From: a virus
IMG/VR virus record: IMGVR_UViG_3300035670_010555
Span: 96,001 to 160,000 of that record
Length of the DNA stretch: 64,000 bases
Direction: 5' to 3' (one strand)
Shown: positions 10,575 through 21,026 of the stretch, in pieces
How the letters are laid out: every line of letters starts with the position of its first letter
How positions within the stretch are numbered: the stretch's first letter is position 1
Position numbers and translations under genes: made by a program
The notes under the pieces: generated by a model
Told to the model about the DNA's origin: nothing
The model's database searches: none
Seen by the model: the letters and a program-made list of their open reading frames with translations, nothing else

Positions 10575-12278
10575 TTACCCAATTTTACTCATCAAATCTT
10601 TCATTCTTAAGAACTGAGGATTCTCATAAGTTTTTGACTCAATTAGGGTAGTTGATGACCCAGTAGAAACACTCTTGTTTAATTTAGTTTCTACCGACTC
10701 ATTGATTGGTGTACTTTCAGTTTTAGACAATTCATCCTTAATTGACTTATAAAGGTTTTTAGATTCTTTCAAAGTATCTACATTATCGAATCTTCTAAGA
10801 ATGTTAATTTTTTCTTTTTTAGTAGTCGAATGTTCAGTGAATAATCTTGTAGCATATGCCAAGTTTGAATTGAAGATAGCAACTTCATTAAGTTTCTCTC
10901 TAAAAACATTTAACGCTTTTCTGTATTCTTCATTTTTCTCTCTCAACGTTGCAACTTCTGATTCTGCGGATTCAACTTTTACTCCGTTATTACCATAAAC
11001 ATAATTTCTGTTATTAGTAATACCTTTTCTAAGTCCTCTTCCTTCTTTTGAACCCATTCCATAAGTTCTAGCAGCTTCTTTTGTTTCTCTTTTTTCGAAA
11101 CCTGCGTCATCTCTACGAGCCTTAGTAGTTTTAAGATCTTTTGAAGCAATTTTACCATGCTTCATTGCCAATCTTTCATCCTCTTTGTCCTTGTATCCTT
11201 GACCTTCTTTTGTTTCTCTTTTTTCGAAACCTGCATCATCCCTACGAGCCTTAGTAGTTTTAAGATCCTTTGAAGCGATTTTACCATGCTTCATCGCTAA
11301 TCTTTCATCTTCTCTATCGTCGTATCCTTGACCTTCTTTTGTTTCTGCCTTAACAACTTTGGATTTTTGTTCCATATTTTCACCTTTCTTGTATTCGAAT
11401 TTCGGTTTACCAGTACCTACTGATTTTGGTCCTTCTTTCTTATTTTCATCGAATCCACCTTTAGCTTTATCTTTGTAAGTGAATTTAGGTCCAGACCCAA
11501 TTCCAACACCTTTAGGTTTTACTGTCGATTTTGACTCTCTAACAGCTCTTCTATGGTTGTAAGATTCGTCCAAATCTTCTTCTTCCATCATGTCGTCATC
11601 TTCTTCTTCCATCATGTCGTCATCTTCTTCTTCCATCATGTCTTCGTCTTCTTCCATCATCTCGTCATCTCCTTCGTACATTTCTTCTTCTTCGAATTCA
11701 ATTTCGTACATAACTTCTTCTTCTTGGTCCATGTCAAAATCTTCAACATCTCCGTCTTTTGAGAAAATAGCATTGATTACATCTTCTGTATCAACATCCA
11801 TTTCATCGATTTCATCTACATGCATAGTTTCATCTAATTCTTCCTCTTCCTCGGACTCACCAAGCTTAACTAAATATTCTGAGTCAGTGTCAGTATCGCT
11901 TAAGTGAATATCTTCACCGTCTTTTTTAACGATGATACCATCTTCTTCACCCATAGCCTTGAACACCTTAAGAATTTCTTCGTCTGAAGCGTCAGTCAAA
12001 TCTATTGGACTCTCTTCTGAATCCATATCCATGTCCATATCAAATTCCATGTCCATTTCCATATCATCATCATTATCAACAGGCATATCGGTATCGATAT
12101 CTGTATCTAATTCAATCTCATCTTCCATATCTTGCTCTGACAGAGATTCTTTTACTAATTGGTTGATTTCTTCCTTCATAGTTGAAGCAAGTATTCCTTT
12201 TGCATTCTGGGCGATTGCTTCTTCAACATTTCTCATTTGAATTAACGCCTCTTGTACTAAGTTTTTATTTTCTTGCAT
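10575..12278 (-). CDS. Prohead scaffold/core protein (T4 gp22-like position)
   Basis: Highly acidic coiled-coil protein directly upstream of the capsid gene; contains a 43-aa tandem duplication. Confidence 0.7.
   Translation of the reverse strand: MQENKNLVQEALIQMRNVEEAIAQNAKGILASTMKEEINQLVKESLSEQDMEDEIELDTDIDTDMPVDNDDDMEMDMEFDMDMDMDSEESPIDLTDASDEEILKVFKAMGEEDGIIVKKDGEDIHLSDTDTDSEYLVKLGESEEEEELDETMHVDEIDEMDVDTEDVINAIFSKDGDVEDFDMDQEEEVMYEIEFEEEEMYEGDDEMMEEDEDMMEEEDDDMMEEEDDDMMEEEDLDESYNHRRAVRESKSTVKPKGVGIGSGPKFTYKDKAKGGFDENKKEGPKSVGTGKPKFEYKKGENMEQKSKVVKAETKEGQGYDDREDERLAMKHGKIASKDLKTTKARRDDAGFEKRETKEGQGYKDKEDERLAMKHGKIASKDLKTTKARRDDAGFEKRETKEAARTYGMGSKEGRGLRKGITNNRNYVYGNNGVKVESAESEVATLREKNEEYRKALNVFREKLNEVAIFNSNLAYATRLFTEHSTTKKEKINILRRFDNVDTLKESKNLYKSIKDELSKTESTPINESVETKLNKSVSTGSSTTLIESKTYENPQFLRMKDLMSKIG
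11075..11345. repeat. In-frame 129-bp tandem duplication in the scaffold gene
   Basis: Two copies of ETKEGQGY..EDERLAMKHGKIASKDLKTTKARRDDAGFEKR. Confidence 0.9.
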
Positions 12279-12401
12279 AGAAAAAAATTGTTTAATTTAA
12301 CATATAAATAGTGCCAAAACTAAAAAAATTCATTTAACGATATCTCTAAAATAAAAAAAGTGGTCATTTGACCACTTCATTTGTTTCAGTTTGATTATTG
12401 A

Positions 12402-12611
12402 TTACTCAATTACTTCGTCGATTTTACTTTCAGATACTGCAGTGATTCTCCAATCATGAGTGAATCCTTCGTATTTTTTAGTCACTTTAGCTTCCACATC
12501 TGTGACAGAGTAACCTTTAACAAGTTTCTCTTCTCTAACTTTTTTAATCTTACCCGTGTTTTCATCAGGGAAATCATACTGAATTTTTGCTACAAAATAT
12601 TTTTCGTCCAT
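12402..12611 (-). CDS. DUF4494-like small protein
   Basis: F.AKI.Y...ENTGKIKKV.E..LV...S.T..EA pattern typical of this Bacteroidota family. Confidence 0.6.
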   Translation of the reverse strand: MDEKYFVAKIQYDFPDENTGKIKKVREEKLVKGYSVTDVEAKVTKKYEGFTHDWRITAVSESKIDEVIE

Positions 12612-12615
12612 AATT

Positions 12616-13332
12616 TTATTTTCCTAAAAAATCGTCTAATTTTCTCATTAAGTCAACTGACTTTCCAACGTAGTCGTTATTTTGTTTAGATTTTATTTCT
12701 TCCTCTAAATTTTCTTCATACTTACTTCTTTCGTCAGGGTTAGAAAATAAATAAGCTCCGGGTGTTGAAGGAGATGACACCAAATCAAAACATATTAATT
12801 CAAAATCATCTTGTACTTCATTTCTTTCCCCAACTTTTTTTAATGAACCAACTCCACGAGAAGAGATACCTAATGTTACTCCTTGTCTCATTAAGTTCGC
12901 CGCTTGGTCTCCTTTGGTTGAAACGATTCCTCTTTCGTGAAACCCTGGAGATGTCAATAATTTGAGTTTTCCCATTAGTATATTTTTATCCCACCATATG
13001 TCTGTGATGATGTGGGATACTCTATCTAAGTCTATTAACGATGACTCAGGGTGGTTTAATTCTGATGTGGATAACCCTTTAGAAATTGCTTGCTTATATC
13101 TTTCAGATTCCCTTTTCAAAATCCTTTCAGGATACGTTCTACCATTTCTATTTGGTGTGTCGTATTTTTGAAGAACCGCATAAAATTCAAATGGATTTCT
13201 ATAATCTAAATTGGCGGCTTCTTTCAGAACATCAATATTATGAGTGTCTTTGGGAGAAACCCAACCTGCATCCATTTCAATCAATATACCATGACCAAGC
13301 TCGCTCGCTTCTAAAATTCTTAAATTTTTCAT
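12616..13332 (-). CDS. gp21: Prohead core protease (T4 gp21-like)
   Basis: NRNGRTY, ELNHP, GISSRGVGS and FDLVSSPS motifs; located next to scaffold and capsid genes. Confidence 0.9.
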   Translation of the reverse strand: MKNLRILEASELGHGILIEMDAGWVSPKDTHNIDVLKEAANLDYRNPFEFYAVLQKYDTPNRNGRTYPERILKRESERYKQAISKGLSTSELNHPESSLIDLDRVSHIITDIWWDKNILMGKLKLLTSPGFHERGIVSTKGDQAANLMRQGVTLGISSRGVGSLKKVGERNEVQDDFELICFDLVSSPSTPGAYLFSNPDERSKYEENLEEEIKSKQNNDYVGKSVDLMRKLDDFLGK

Positions 13333-13377
13333 CTAATCTTTTAAGATAAATATACGGATTTGGATTGTTTGTTATTT

Positions 13378-13809
13378 TTAGTCTTTTTTAGAAATAGAAA
13401 AATCGAAGTATTTGTTTTGAATCACGTTATTTTTATAGATGGATTTTACTATAGTTTTTATGGATTCTTTGAGTTCATCACACTTGAAATCCATATCACG
13501 TTGAGTATATAGATTGATTTCTAAATTAAAAAATGACTTTTTACCTTTTGATATCCCACTTGTTCGAAGGTCCAAATCTACAATATTTTTTTCTTGGAAA
13601 ATTTTACAATCTATCGATTCATAAACGGAATTTTTTATTTCTCGTCCCAAACCTGATACAACTCGGTTCCAATTATTTAACTCTTCTTTTGGTGTAACCC
13701 ATGATTGAATGTTTATGTAAACTGATTTTAAGTTTTTAGAATCTACTGTCCCATACTGTGATTTTATGGGATTGAACAGGTTAAGTTTAACACTTTTTCC
13801 TTTTTTCAT
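13378..13809 (-). CDS. Hypothetical protein in the head module
   Basis: 143-aa ORF in the head gene cluster. Confidence 0.55.
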   Translation of the reverse strand: MKKGKSVKLNLFNPIKSQYGTVDSKNLKSVYINIQSWVTPKEELNNWNRVVSGLGREIKNSVYESIDCKIFQEKNIVDLDLRTSGISKGKKSFFNLEINLYTQRDMDFKCDELKESIKTIVKSIYKNNVIQNKYFDFSISKKD

Positions 13810-13902
13810 TAATAATGATATTATGTACGTTTATTAATGAAATTATATACATAATATGTATGATTGTCAAAATTTTTTTATATTTGTGGATATTTCTAAT
13901 AT

Positions 13903-14094
13903 ATGATAATAATAAAAATAAATCAGGGTAATCCCCTTGAGAAGGCACTCAAGACCCTAAAGTCAAAAGTAATTAAAACAAAACAAAATCAAATTTTATT
14001 TGATAGGAAACAATATACAAAAAAATCTGTACTTAGAAGAGCACAGATTTTGAAGGCAAAACATATTCAAAGTCTTAAAGACAAATCAAATTGA
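13903..14094 (+). CDS. rpsU: Ribosomal protein bS21
   Basis: 63-aa basic protein with I.I..G..LEKALK.LK.K...R..Y.KKS..RR pattern of bS21; opposite strand within the head module. Confidence 0.85.
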   Translation: MIIIKINQGNPLEKALKTLKSKVIKTKQNQILFDRKQYTKKSVLRRAQILKAKHIQSLKDKSN

Positions 14095-14784
14095 TTCTTC
14101 CAAATTTTTTAATTTCAAAAAGTTTAATTGGTCGAATTTTTCAGATTTAATTTTGTCAATCGTTTCTGAAATTTTTGTTTTCATATCCTGTGAGTCTTCA
14201 TTGTTTTGAAGATTAGTTAGTTTGGATATTGTACTTTCTCTTAATGTCTCAAATTTTGTCTCCAAAGTTTTGGTATCTTCAGAAACTATTTGGAAAAATT
14301 CTTTTTTAGAATTTTCATCCAAACCAAGAATATAGTTATTAATGGTTTGATTTGCGACCGCAACCATAGAACTAATTGGAATATTTATATTTTCCTTGAT
14401 TGATTCTTTTTTTGATGTAATAACCTTTAGAATATTTTTCTTCGCATTAACCCTTTCAAGTAAATCCACCCCTTGTGTGTAAACTAAAGTGTCAATATCG
14501 GAATAATTATTTTCAGTTTTTTCGGAAAGTGTGATTGGAAGTTTAATACTTGGTAAAACTTTGTTTAATAGACTAATCCCTTCTTCAATAAAATATTTTG
14601 CGTCCTGTTCACTTAACCCTTGTGGTGAACTCAGTTGATCATATATCGCGTATGCTTTAGACATAGCTTTATTACTCAAAACGTTGTGTTTGAATTCTCG
14701 CAAAGTCTTCTTGAATTCCATTTCATTTTTGTAGGATTCCAAGAGATTTTTTTCAATTAGGGATTTTACTGTTCCGAAGGTCAT
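14086..14784 (-). CDS. Hypothetical helical protein (head module)
   Basis: 232-aa ORF downstream of the portal gene. Confidence 0.55.
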   Translation of the reverse strand: MTFGTVKSLIEKNLLESYKNEMEFKKTLREFKHNVLSNKAMSKAYAIYDQLSSPQGLSEQDAKYFIEEGISLLNKVLPSIKLPITLSEKTENNYSDIDTLVYTQGVDLLERVNAKKNILKVITSKKESIKENINIPISSMVAVANQTINNYILGLDENSKKEFFQIVSEDTKTLETKFETLRESTISKLTNLQNNEDSQDMKTKISETIDKIKSEKFDQLNFLKLKNLEESI

Positions 14785-14805
14785 TGTGTCTTTTTCAAAT
14801 AAATA

Positions 14806-16656
14806 TTATGAATTTAATAACTTATCTAAGTGTTTTGAAATTTCTCCTAAAGAATCTTGTGCTTGTCCCAAATTTATTACCTGAGATCCTTCAATTAAAT
14901 TATTTTCCACTAATATGTTAAGGTCTTTTTTCTTTGATTCTGGTGTTACTTCAGTTGGTGGGGATTCTTCTGTTCCGCCTGCCGGTGGTAATTCTGGCTC
15001 TCCTCCAGGAATTTCTCCTCCACCACCGAATGATGGTGGTGGGCCCAATTCTTCTCCACCATCCGTAGTTGTCGCGGCTCCAGCCGTCGGAGTCGATCCT
15101 GTTTGACTACCATACAATTTGTCGATATTATCGAACAAACCTGTTTTGGTTATCACAGTTGGAGTTGCTTTAAGTTCTTCACCAACAGCTCTTTCAATTC
15201 TTTGTTGTTGTAAGTCTAAACGAACTTCGTCATCAGACCATCCAAATATGTGTTTCTTAGCCCATGTAGATGAGGTCGCCTGAATTCCATTTCCTGGATC
15301 TGAAACTAAATCTTTATACAATAATACTTTTTCTTTCCAAACGTCAATCTTTAACAAATCTGCTTGAGTTGATGGGTTTGTTAATCCGAGTGTAAAATTG
15401 GATAATTCATCTTCAAATCCTAATAAAAATAAATGTACGATAGCAATCTTATTCAGTTCCGCCAACATACTTTTTTGAATTCTATTTATTGTACGAGCAA
15501 ATCTAATATCTTGTAACGCCAAGTTTTTACCATCACCTACCACTTCTTCAAAACCCAAGAATGCCTTTGGTACTCGTAATGCAGTTAATAACTTTTTTTG
15601 AATATATTCAATATCGGCAATTTCAGACAAGTTAGTTGCTCCAGGTAGTGTGGTAATTGGATCTGGAGCTGCGGGGTCACGAACAGGAATAAAATAATCT
15701 TGGTCAACAGCCATTTGGTTGAATCTCATATCAACATTACCTGTCTTACTATCCACTACTTGTTCTCTTTTGAACTTGTTTGCAACTCGTTGTACATATG
15801 CTTCAACATCGTCATCATTCATGTTTCCAACAAACACTTTGAACATTCTTCTTTCGGGAGCTCTTGACGTACGGTAAATCAACATCGCATCTTCGGAAAG
15901 TAAAAGTTGTTTCCAAATACGTCTAGCTTTTTCCAACATAGATGTTCCGTATGGTAGTTTTCTGTCATCACCTAATAATCTGAAGTGAGCAATTTCCCAT
16001 GACTGAAATTCCATATTTTTATTCTTCCAAGTGAAGTGTAATGCTTTTCTGTCTTTATCAACTTCATTTTTAACATCAACAGATATTTTACCACTAGCAC
16101 CAACTTCATGTCGTTCAATTTCTATGGTCGGTAATTGTTGGCATCCAACAATTCCTTTCTCAGGGTCTAATTTAAGATACACAAAATTGTCACCATATTT
16201 ACAGGTGTTCCGTGTCCACATTGGAAGGTTGGTATTAACATCTAAAGCATTGTTGAACAAATCCGCTAATACCCCTTTTATTCTTTTTGATTCAGAATAA
16301 ATTTGTAGAATAAATCCATCTTCATTTGTTGTTGTGGATTCTTCGGCATAAATGTCTAACGCGGCTGAAATCTCAGGAGTATATTCCATCGACTCATAAT
16401 CGTATTGTGCGGACAACCTTGTTGGTTCATAGTAAATTGCCTGTGAATAAAGGTTGTTTTCTACCTTTGACCATTGATTGGTAAGGTAATATGTTTGTTG
16501 TGCTTGGAGTTTTTCTTTTTCGTATTCTTCTCTACTTTTGGTTCGCAGAAGTTCCTTTTTATCAAACTTGAATGTCGGATAGTCTTGATTGAGAAGTGAA
16601 TTAGGTCCAAATGTTTGTGACAATCGTTGCCAAACTGTCATATTTTGTTCTGCCAT
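14806..16656 (-). CDS. gp20: Portal protein (T4 gp20-like)
   Basis: EDAMLIYRTSRAPERR.F, DYFIPVR, ITTLPG and AL.VP motifs. Confidence 0.93.
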   Translation of the reverse strand: MAEQNMTVWQRLSQTFGPNSLLNQDYPTFKFDKKELLRTKSREEYEKEKLQAQQTYYLTNQWSKVENNLYSQAIYYEPTRLSAQYDYESMEYTPEISAALDIYAEESTTTNEDGFILQIYSESKRIKGVLADLFNNALDVNTNLPMWTRNTCKYGDNFVYLKLDPEKGIVGCQQLPTIEIERHEVGASGKISVDVKNEVDKDRKALHFTWKNKNMEFQSWEIAHFRLLGDDRKLPYGTSMLEKARRIWKQLLLSEDAMLIYRTSRAPERRMFKVFVGNMNDDDVEAYVQRVANKFKREQVVDSKTGNVDMRFNQMAVDQDYFIPVRDPAAPDPITTLPGATNLSEIADIEYIQKKLLTALRVPKAFLGFEEVVGDGKNLALQDIRFARTINRIQKSMLAELNKIAIVHLFLLGFEDELSNFTLGLTNPSTQADLLKIDVWKEKVLLYKDLVSDPGNGIQATSSTWAKKHIFGWSDDEVRLDLQQQRIERAVGEELKATPTVITKTGLFDNIDKLYGSQTGSTPTAGAATTTDGGEELGPPPSFGGGGEIPGGEPELPPAGGTEESPPTEVTPESKKKDLNILVENNLIEGSQVINLGQAQDSLGEISKHLDKLLNS

Positions 16657-16692
16657 ACGTAATTTTACTATTTACCCTGATAATATAAATAG

Positions 16693-18453
16693 TTATTTAG
16701 CACCAAATAACCAACCATATTTTTGATAATCCGCTTTGCTGGCCCCATTATTATTTAGGTTTGGGTCTCTGCCCATTTGAGGCACCATTGGATTAAAAAA
16801 TTCTGAAGTATTTTTATTCTCATTTACAACTGATGCCCATGAATTCAACATTGCCTTAGTATGGTTAACAACTTTTGTTAATGATTGAAATGATTTTTCC
16901 GCAATATAAATTGCCATTGATAATCCCATAATACAGTCATCATGTTGGCCCTTTTGGTGGTCTGGTCTTCCATTTATGTAGACGAAAGTATTCATCTCGT
17001 TATATGTTCTATGAGAATATATTTTGAATCCATGTCTAACACCTTCTTCAAATGCCGCAATAATCTGAACTCGTTTTGTATTAAAGTTAATTCCAGGAAT
17101 TTTGTCATTAATTTTCGGATCCCATTTCCACTTATTAGATGTATCAACCCCGTCAACATAAAGTCCCGCTTGGTATTGTAATTCTTGCATTTTTCTTGCA
17201 GTTGAAACTCCCATACCACCAGTGATATCAATTACACAAAATGCGTTATACATCGTTCCCCACTTGTAAGCAATTTCCGCCAACACATCGGGTGGAACCT
17301 TTCCAACATATTCTAAAACTTGTTCTCTTTCATCAAAATCTATAATTTGTATTGATGAAAAATCTTCAGAGTCCCCACGAGAAACGTCAACACCCATTAC
17401 ATACTTGTGACCATTTACAGGTTCCTTGAAAATCCATAAAGCATTCCCCATAAGTTTTGCTTGTGGGTCTCTTAATTGATTTTTTGCAATATTTTGCATT
17501 AATTCAGAATCGAATACGTTATCACCCGATCCTAAGAAATTACATTCCAATTCTTGAGCAACTTTACGTCTATCGTATTTAAGTTTTTTTACCATTCCCT
17601 CAAACCATGATGAACAAGGTTTGTAACCCTTTTCAATATAATCCGTGACTATACCGTGGTCTCTTTCGTAGGGGCTATCTGTGCTTAAATCAATAATTGT
17701 ATCTATTGGATAATCTTCTCTGTTAAGTAAGTAATGAACCAAATCATTTGTTTTAACCATATACAAATCTCTTGTATATCTCGGGTCTCTATACCAAAAC
17801 ATTTCAGAGATTTTGAAATCATTCATCCCTCTCAATGATTGGTCATAAATTTCATAATAGATCGGGTCATATCCATTTGGGGTTGAAACCACAATAACTT
17901 TACCTCCTGTAGAGAGGGAAGCCATACAAGCTGACCAAAAATCTCCGTCGGCCTCGATGAAGGCAGCTTCGTCAAAAATAAGAATGGTAGGGGTATATCC
18001 TCTCAAGGCATCTTTTGAGGTTGCAACAGATTTTACTTCACATCCGTTGTTGAGCTTGAAATGTCTTTGAGAATTTTTTTCAGCAGAGAATGCTATTCCG
18101 ACCCAAGCGGGCCATTGTTCAATAAACCCTCTAATCTTGTTTGCCATTTCAACAGAGGTATCCAACTTGTTGGCAATGATTAGAATTTTCTCAGGTTTTT
18201 CTTTTCTCGCAAAGGCTAATTTTTTTGAAGACCAAGCGGCGGTTACGGTTGATACACCTGCCTGTCGGTACTTAAGCGCAATATTTTCGTTGTATTTTTC
18301 GTAATCTTCAAGTAGAGAAACTTGGTCAGGAAAAAGTTCTAATGGGACATATTTTGATACCGTATTATCGTATGTCTGTAAATAAGTACGAAGTGCATAA
18401 GGGGTATTTCTCATGCACTTCGTATATTCTATTATTAATTGTTCTTTGTTCAC
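16693..18453 (-). CDS. gp17: Large terminase subunit (T4 gp17-like)
   Basis: KYRQAGVST Walker A, LIFDEAAF Walker B, STPNG motif; nuclease GVDVSRG...D and HDD motifs. Confidence 0.95.
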   Translation of the reverse strand: MNKEQLIIEYTKCMRNTPYALRTYLQTYDNTVSKYVPLELFPDQVSLLEDYEKYNENIALKYRQAGVSTVTAAWSSKKLAFARKEKPEKILIIANKLDTSVEMANKIRGFIEQWPAWVGIAFSAEKNSQRHFKLNNGCEVKSVATSKDALRGYTPTILIFDEAAFIEADGDFWSACMASLSTGGKVIVVSTPNGYDPIYYEIYDQSLRGMNDFKISEMFWYRDPRYTRDLYMVKTNDLVHYLLNREDYPIDTIIDLSTDSPYERDHGIVTDYIEKGYKPCSSWFEGMVKKLKYDRRKVAQELECNFLGSGDNVFDSELMQNIAKNQLRDPQAKLMGNALWIFKEPVNGHKYVMGVDVSRGDSEDFSSIQIIDFDEREQVLEYVGKVPPDVLAEIAYKWGTMYNAFCVIDITGGMGVSTARKMQELQYQAGLYVDGVDTSNKWKWDPKINDKIPGINFNTKRVQIIAAFEEGVRHGFKIYSHRTYNEMNTFVYINGRPDHQKGQHDDCIMGLSMAIYIAEKSFQSLTKVVNHTKAMLNSWASVVNENKNTSEFFNPMVPQMGRDPNLNNNGASKADYQKYGWLFGAK

Positions 18454-18474
18454 ACAGTTAAATCATATTCTGAT

Positions 18475-19752
18475 TTATGGTCTTGGAATTCCCAAATCTC
18501 TATAAAGTTGGTCATAATCATCATCGTCATCACCTTCAGAACCTTCTTCTCCTTTGAAATCATCATACTCACTCTTTGACTGTTGAGCTTGTTTCATGAT
18601 TTCTTTGAATTTTGCAGTTGCCTTTCTTACTTTCGATTCATCTTCCGAAATTGCATTACCAATGATATCTAAAAATTCTTTAGCTTCTGTCTTGTAAAGA
18701 ATTGAATAAAACCAAGGTACCAATCCTTTGTTTTCATCATCGAACATCTCGTCAGGTAACGCAAACCTTATTTTTTCTACAATTTCAGGCCCAATTCTAA
18801 GTTGCATCGGTTCGTTTGATAAAACGTCCGTCACACCTCTAACTTGTTGAGACATTTCAGGGTCTTCAGGTAATCCGTGTCTTGCGATAGATTCCTCTAA
18901 CCCTTTGATTATTTCGTGACACAAAATTGGGAATATTAAACCTTCCGCAACAATTTTTGTATCAGGTTCATCTTCACCTTCTCCACCCTCTTCTTCGTCT
19001 TCATCTTTATTTTCTAACTTAACTTTTCCAGCAACACCTCTACCTGTTTGAGACATCATTTCAATCATTTGTTCCATAGAAAAATACATGAAATCATTGA
19101 TTGACATAATTTTCAAATAAGCAGGGTATAATTGTGGGTCAATTTCATCCAACCTTTCTTTAATTTCAGGTTTTTGAAAAATATAATGTCCCTTTTTTGC
19201 CGCCCCTTGAACAAGAGCGTTAATCATGTTTCTTTTATGAATTTCCAATTCCATTACTTCTTCATCGGTCAAATCTTCAACATCAAACGATGGGATTTCA
19301 GGGGATTCTTCATCTTCCTTTTTCTTTGGTTTAGTAGCCTGCATTCTGAAATCCGAAATATTAATAGGTGATCTATTCAATAATGCCTCAATCGTAAACC
19401 AATCAGCAGGAACTTGTGTTTCTTCTAAACATGCGTCGATTGCGAGTTGTTCTAATTCTTCTCTATGCCGGCCTTCGATTCTTGTTATTCCTGGAACTAT
19501 ACTCATCATTTCTTGAAAAAGCATTCCTTGAACCTGTTGAGAACTAATATCTTGCACACCAGTCACTTGCTTCAACTTATCTGCAACTTTTCCGAATCTC
19601 GAACTTACCAATCTTTGAACATCCGCTGCCCCCTTTTTCATTGCAGGATTAGTTGCATACAAACTTTCAGGACTTCCCAATTTTCTTTCTAATCTTGGGT
19701 CCATTCTTTCGGGTCTATCCCCGTAATTTATTTGTTCTTTAATCTTCGCCAT
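18475..19752 (-). CDS. Hypothetical protein
   Basis: 425-aa acidic ORF upstream of the terminase; ILCHEIIKG segment. Confidence 0.6.
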   Translation of the reverse strand: MAKIKEQINYGDRPERMDPRLERKLGSPESLYATNPAMKKGAADVQRLVSSRFGKVADKLKQVTGVQDISSQQVQGMLFQEMMSIVPGITRIEGRHREELEQLAIDACLEETQVPADWFTIEALLNRSPINISDFRMQATKPKKKEDEESPEIPSFDVEDLTDEEVMELEIHKRNMINALVQGAAKKGHYIFQKPEIKERLDEIDPQLYPAYLKIMSINDFMYFSMEQMIEMMSQTGRGVAGKVKLENKDEDEEEGGEGEDEPDTKIVAEGLIFPILCHEIIKGLEESIARHGLPEDPEMSQQVRGVTDVLSNEPMQLRIGPEIVEKIRFALPDEMFDDENKGLVPWFYSILYKTEAKEFLDIIGNAISEDESKVRKATAKFKEIMKQAQQSKSEYDDFKGEEGSEGDDDDDYDQLYRDLGIPRP

Positions 19753-19753
19753 T

Positions 19754-20641
19754 TTATTTATTCAATAAATTTAAGATAACATCAATCACTTCTTGTTTTG
19801 CGTCTTCGGGAGAAATTCTTCCCGCTTTTGGGTCAATTTGTTCTCCCGGTCTTGGATTTTTTCCTGGATGTGCAGGTCTTGTCCGAGGTTTGGTATCAGG
19901 TTTAGTAATTGGTTTAGTCGGTGCAGTTGTTGGTTCTGCGGCTTTAGGGTCTATTTGTTCTCCTGGTCTTGGATTTTTTCCTGGATGTGCAGGTCTTGTC
20001 CGAGGTTTGGTATCTGGTTTAGTTGTAGGTTTTACAGGCGCCGTCAGAGGCGAATTTGCTTCTGAAAGATATTTCAATAAGTCACCTTTGGTAATTCTCG
20101 GAGGTAAGTTTCTTTCCACGATTTTTGTAATTTCTGATTCTATAAACAAAGATACAGGATTTTTTCCTTCTTCCAACTGTTTTTTTACAGATTTTACACA
20201 TCTTTCAAACTTTCTTGTTTTCTTCGGTCCAAGTTGTGCGTGGCAAATTGCCCAAGGATTTTTTTCTTGTTCCTCACTCATTCCCATCATTTTTCTATTA
20301 TCGTCCGAATCATCGTCCATTCCATCAGGAGCCATATCGTTTGCGTCGTGTGGAGCGTCTTGTCCTGTCAAACTTTGTAAAGCATCAGCCCCCAAAGCGT
20401 TTTTATCATCCACGTCATCAGTCTCGGTTTCTTTCATTTCACCGTCCTTTTCATAAACCTCAAAAGGTTTTTTCTGACTTTTTAGAGTATTGATAGTCCC
20501 CGCATCATCTTTAGACACCATTGTGACTTCATTAACAAGTTTGGAGTGTAAGATACTGATTTGAGATTCTGTTAGTTTACCAACAGTTTTCGCAGATAAT
20601 CCTTTTTCAATTAATTCGAGGGCTTTTTTATTAATTTTCAT
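19754..20641 (-). CDS. Hypothetical protein with Pro/Lys/Thr-rich 39-aa tandem repeat
   Basis: Two copies of PTT..KPDTKPRTRPAHPGKNPRPGEQIDPKA with 117-bp period; NPWAIC...CV motif. Confidence 0.6.
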   Translation of the reverse strand: MKINKKALELIEKGLSAKTVGKLTESQISILHSKLVNEVTMVSKDDAGTINTLKSQKKPFEVYEKDGEMKETETDDVDDKNALGADALQSLTGQDAPHDANDMAPDGMDDDSDDNRKMMGMSEEQEKNPWAICHAQLGPKKTRKFERCVKSVKKQLEEGKNPVSLFIESEITKIVERNLPPRITKGDLLKYLSEANSPLTAPVKPTTKPDTKPRTRPAHPGKNPRPGEQIDPKAAEPTTAPTKPITKPDTKPRTRPAHPGKNPRPGEQIDPKAGRISPEDAKQEVIDVILNLLNK

Positions 20642-21026
20642 AAACTACTTTTTTTTCGAATTCTAATATCAAATCTCTTTCGTAGAGTTTGTCTTTTATT
20701 TGTTGTTCGGTCATTCCAAATCTGAAAACCATTCTTTTATGATTTTCATGTTCTTCGATTTCCCAGGCTAATGCAACCACATCGTCGATTGCATCTTCCA
20801 TACAAAAAAAATCGGAGTTCTGAATCAATTCCAATTTTACATCAGTATTTCTCAGAACTCCTACCTTTTTAATATGATGTAATTCTGGAGGCCCAGGATA
20901 ACCATTAGATGGTCTACTTTCCCAAGAATCTCCCCAAACATCAAGACTATCAGAGAAAATGAATTCGTAAAGATTGTCTCCCTTATAATTGGGACCTAAA
21001 CCATTTACGTATATCAAATAACTCAT
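20631..21026 (-). CDS. Hypothetical protein
   Basis: 131-aa ORF overlapping both neighbours. Confidence 0.6.
   Translation of the reverse strand: MSYLIYVNGLGPNYKGDNLYEFIFSDSLDVWGDSWESRPSNGYPGPPELHHIKKVGVLRNTDVKLELIQNSDFFCMEDAIDDVVALAWEIEEHENHKRMVFRFGMTEQQIKDKLYERDLILEFEKKVVYEN

Noticed and set aside
11553-12240. Ser-rich and Phe/His-rich plus-strand ORFs (also 19890, 21630, 22648, 61941-62668)
   Set aside because: Shadow frames of low-complexity acidic or Thr/Ser-rich genes on the opposite strand.
16693-18453. Intein or intron in the terminase (also checked capsid and thyA)
   Set aside because: The ORFs are continuous, of ordinary length and lack intein terminal motifs; thyA has only short insertions.
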